A stretch of DNA of 63,836 nt, counting the filler, from Folioceros fuciformis (taxonomy: Eukaryota): assembly GCA_049999805.1 (NCBI GenBank). It is 9 parts of 9 records of this genome, joined end to end, with 100 filler letters (N's around TTAATTAATTAA, not from the genome) between each part and the next. Parts side by side here need not be neighbours in the genome. Positions count along the whole stretch, not along the records: positions 53,510 to 63,836 come from JBNGIO010004391.1; 8 more parts are not named here. One strand, written 5' to 3'. Below, piece after piece: positions 62,538 through 63,836 of this stretch; within the stretch, counting starts at the first letter, position 1, and each line of letters starts with the position of its first letter. A model generated the notes under the pieces. That model had not been told where the DNA came from, made no database searches, and saw only the letters and a list, made by a program, of their open reading frames with translations. The position numbers were made by a program, and so were the translations under genes.

Positions 62538-63836
62538 CCACAGTCCACCTCTACAACTGCAAGAACCACCTGCGAATCCATGCACACGCTACCCATCCCT
62601 TACGACAATATCGTTTTGTTCAAGCCTTGACATGATCTCCATGGAGCTGTGGCAGCCGCTGCACATGCATAGATTCTTGGTTACCACTAGAGGTGTCCCA
62701 CTAGGAGTGTTCAAGAGACCAAAAGCCAGGTCTAGCTTCTCAGCATGCCCACACAGCGCATCTTCCTTCTCCTTCCCACGCAGTGGCTTCAACACCAACT
62801 TTGAGTGAGGAACATGGCCTCCTTCCTGCGCGCATTCGTGCTCTGCACCTGTAGCGCAATATCCTCTCCTTTCTCCCACCGAAAATCTATGTACCTACTT
62901 GATTCACCTCAATGGTCGCCACTGTTCTCTGCATTTCAACCCTGTCTACATTGCTCCACCTGCCTGCATCTGCATGAGCATTGGCCATGAGAACATATGG
63001 GGATGCACTCCGAGGTTGCAATCCAACAATCCTTTCAAAACACGACATGGCCCTCTGTACGTCGCCGTGCCTTTTGCAGGCACTCAACAGAGACGTCAAG
63101 CCCACAACACTACTCTGTCCCTCACGTAACAATAGCATCTTCTCTGCCTCGTCCACATGGCCCGCACGGCCAAGAAGATCAATCATACAAAATGTCATGC
63201 TCACGGGTAGGTGTGATCCCATGCTGTTCAGCCATTGAATGCAAGTACCTCGTCAACCAGACCCTCGTGACTGCATGCTACTAGAATGCAAGTAAAAGTA
63301 GCACCATCAAGCTGAACACCGGCATTTAAACATCTCATCACAACACGCTAGTCCCTTGTGACTTTGATCACAATTACCATAGCCAGCTATAAGGGCATTC
63401 CACGTCACCACGTCCTTGGTGTTCATGCTACCAAAAGCCCGCTGTTCTTCACTTCTGACCTACGCATTTCATGGTACAGTTGTATGGCCTCCTTCGGCTT
63501 CCGGTGCTTAGCATGTGAAGAGATTATGGAAAACCACATGAAGACATCCGGTTTCCCTACCCTGTTGAACACATCCATCGCCTCCTTTAGCCTACCTCCA
63601 CATGCATACATGCGCAAGATATGGTTCCCCAAATATGCATTCGACTCGTACCCAAGTATGACTGTGCGATCATGAACTCGTCGCCCCACCACTAAATCCT
63701 TCTTAGCTGTACAGAGTTTTAACACTGTGTAAAACAGAGACTGAGAAACGCCAGAGTCTGACTGCACCAGAGATTCCAGGGCTCCAACGGCCTCAGAAAG
63801 CTTCCCCTGATGACATAACATGCTCACGGTTGCAGC
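62538..63836 (-). pseudogene. PPR-E-DYW:KP-type pseudogene, paralog of 25882-29903, most of the PPR array deleted
   Basis: 63450-63836 is nearly identical to 28630-29016. E1/E2, VATIEV..VHRFSVGE, LCGHAEKL, KNLCMCSGCH, RDG*RVHGF..GSCSC. Frameshifts and a stop at 62589. Confidence 0.9.

Noticed and set aside
61661-62585. ORFs in the GC-rich repeat
   Set aside because: Translations of a minisatellite
25882-63836. The two PPR paralogs and the DNMT element as one functional cluster
   Set aside because: Separated by several linkers, so physical linkage is unsupported

Overview
Eukaryotic plant nuclear DNA, most likely from a hornwort (inference from a DYW:KP-type 'HAEKL' editing domain, PPR triplets with 36-aa P motifs, and very short introns). 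It is a draft assembly: eight 100-nt N44-TTAATTAATTAA-N44 linkers join nine contigs, so adjacency across linkers is not evidence of biological linkage. Host genes are a 5'-truncated TIME FOR COFFEE-like gene (+), a convergent ATAD2/BRAT1-like AAA+ bromodomain gene (-), a PLS-class PPR gene with an N-terminal OSB-type PDF motif (-), and a paralogous PPR-DYW:KP pseudogene (-). The rest is nested transposon debris: many Ty1/Copia copies, Athila-like Ty3/Gypsy elements with an accessory coiled-coil ORF, a CRE-like non-LTR element beside telomere-like repeats, a probable non-autonomous Helitron and tandem repeats. The standout is a decayed Ty3/Gypsy pol (51400-53409) with a C5-cytosine DNA methyltransferase domain (motifs IV, VI, VIII, IX, X) between protease and reverse transcriptase. 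All family assignments come from motif recognition by eye; no database searches were run.
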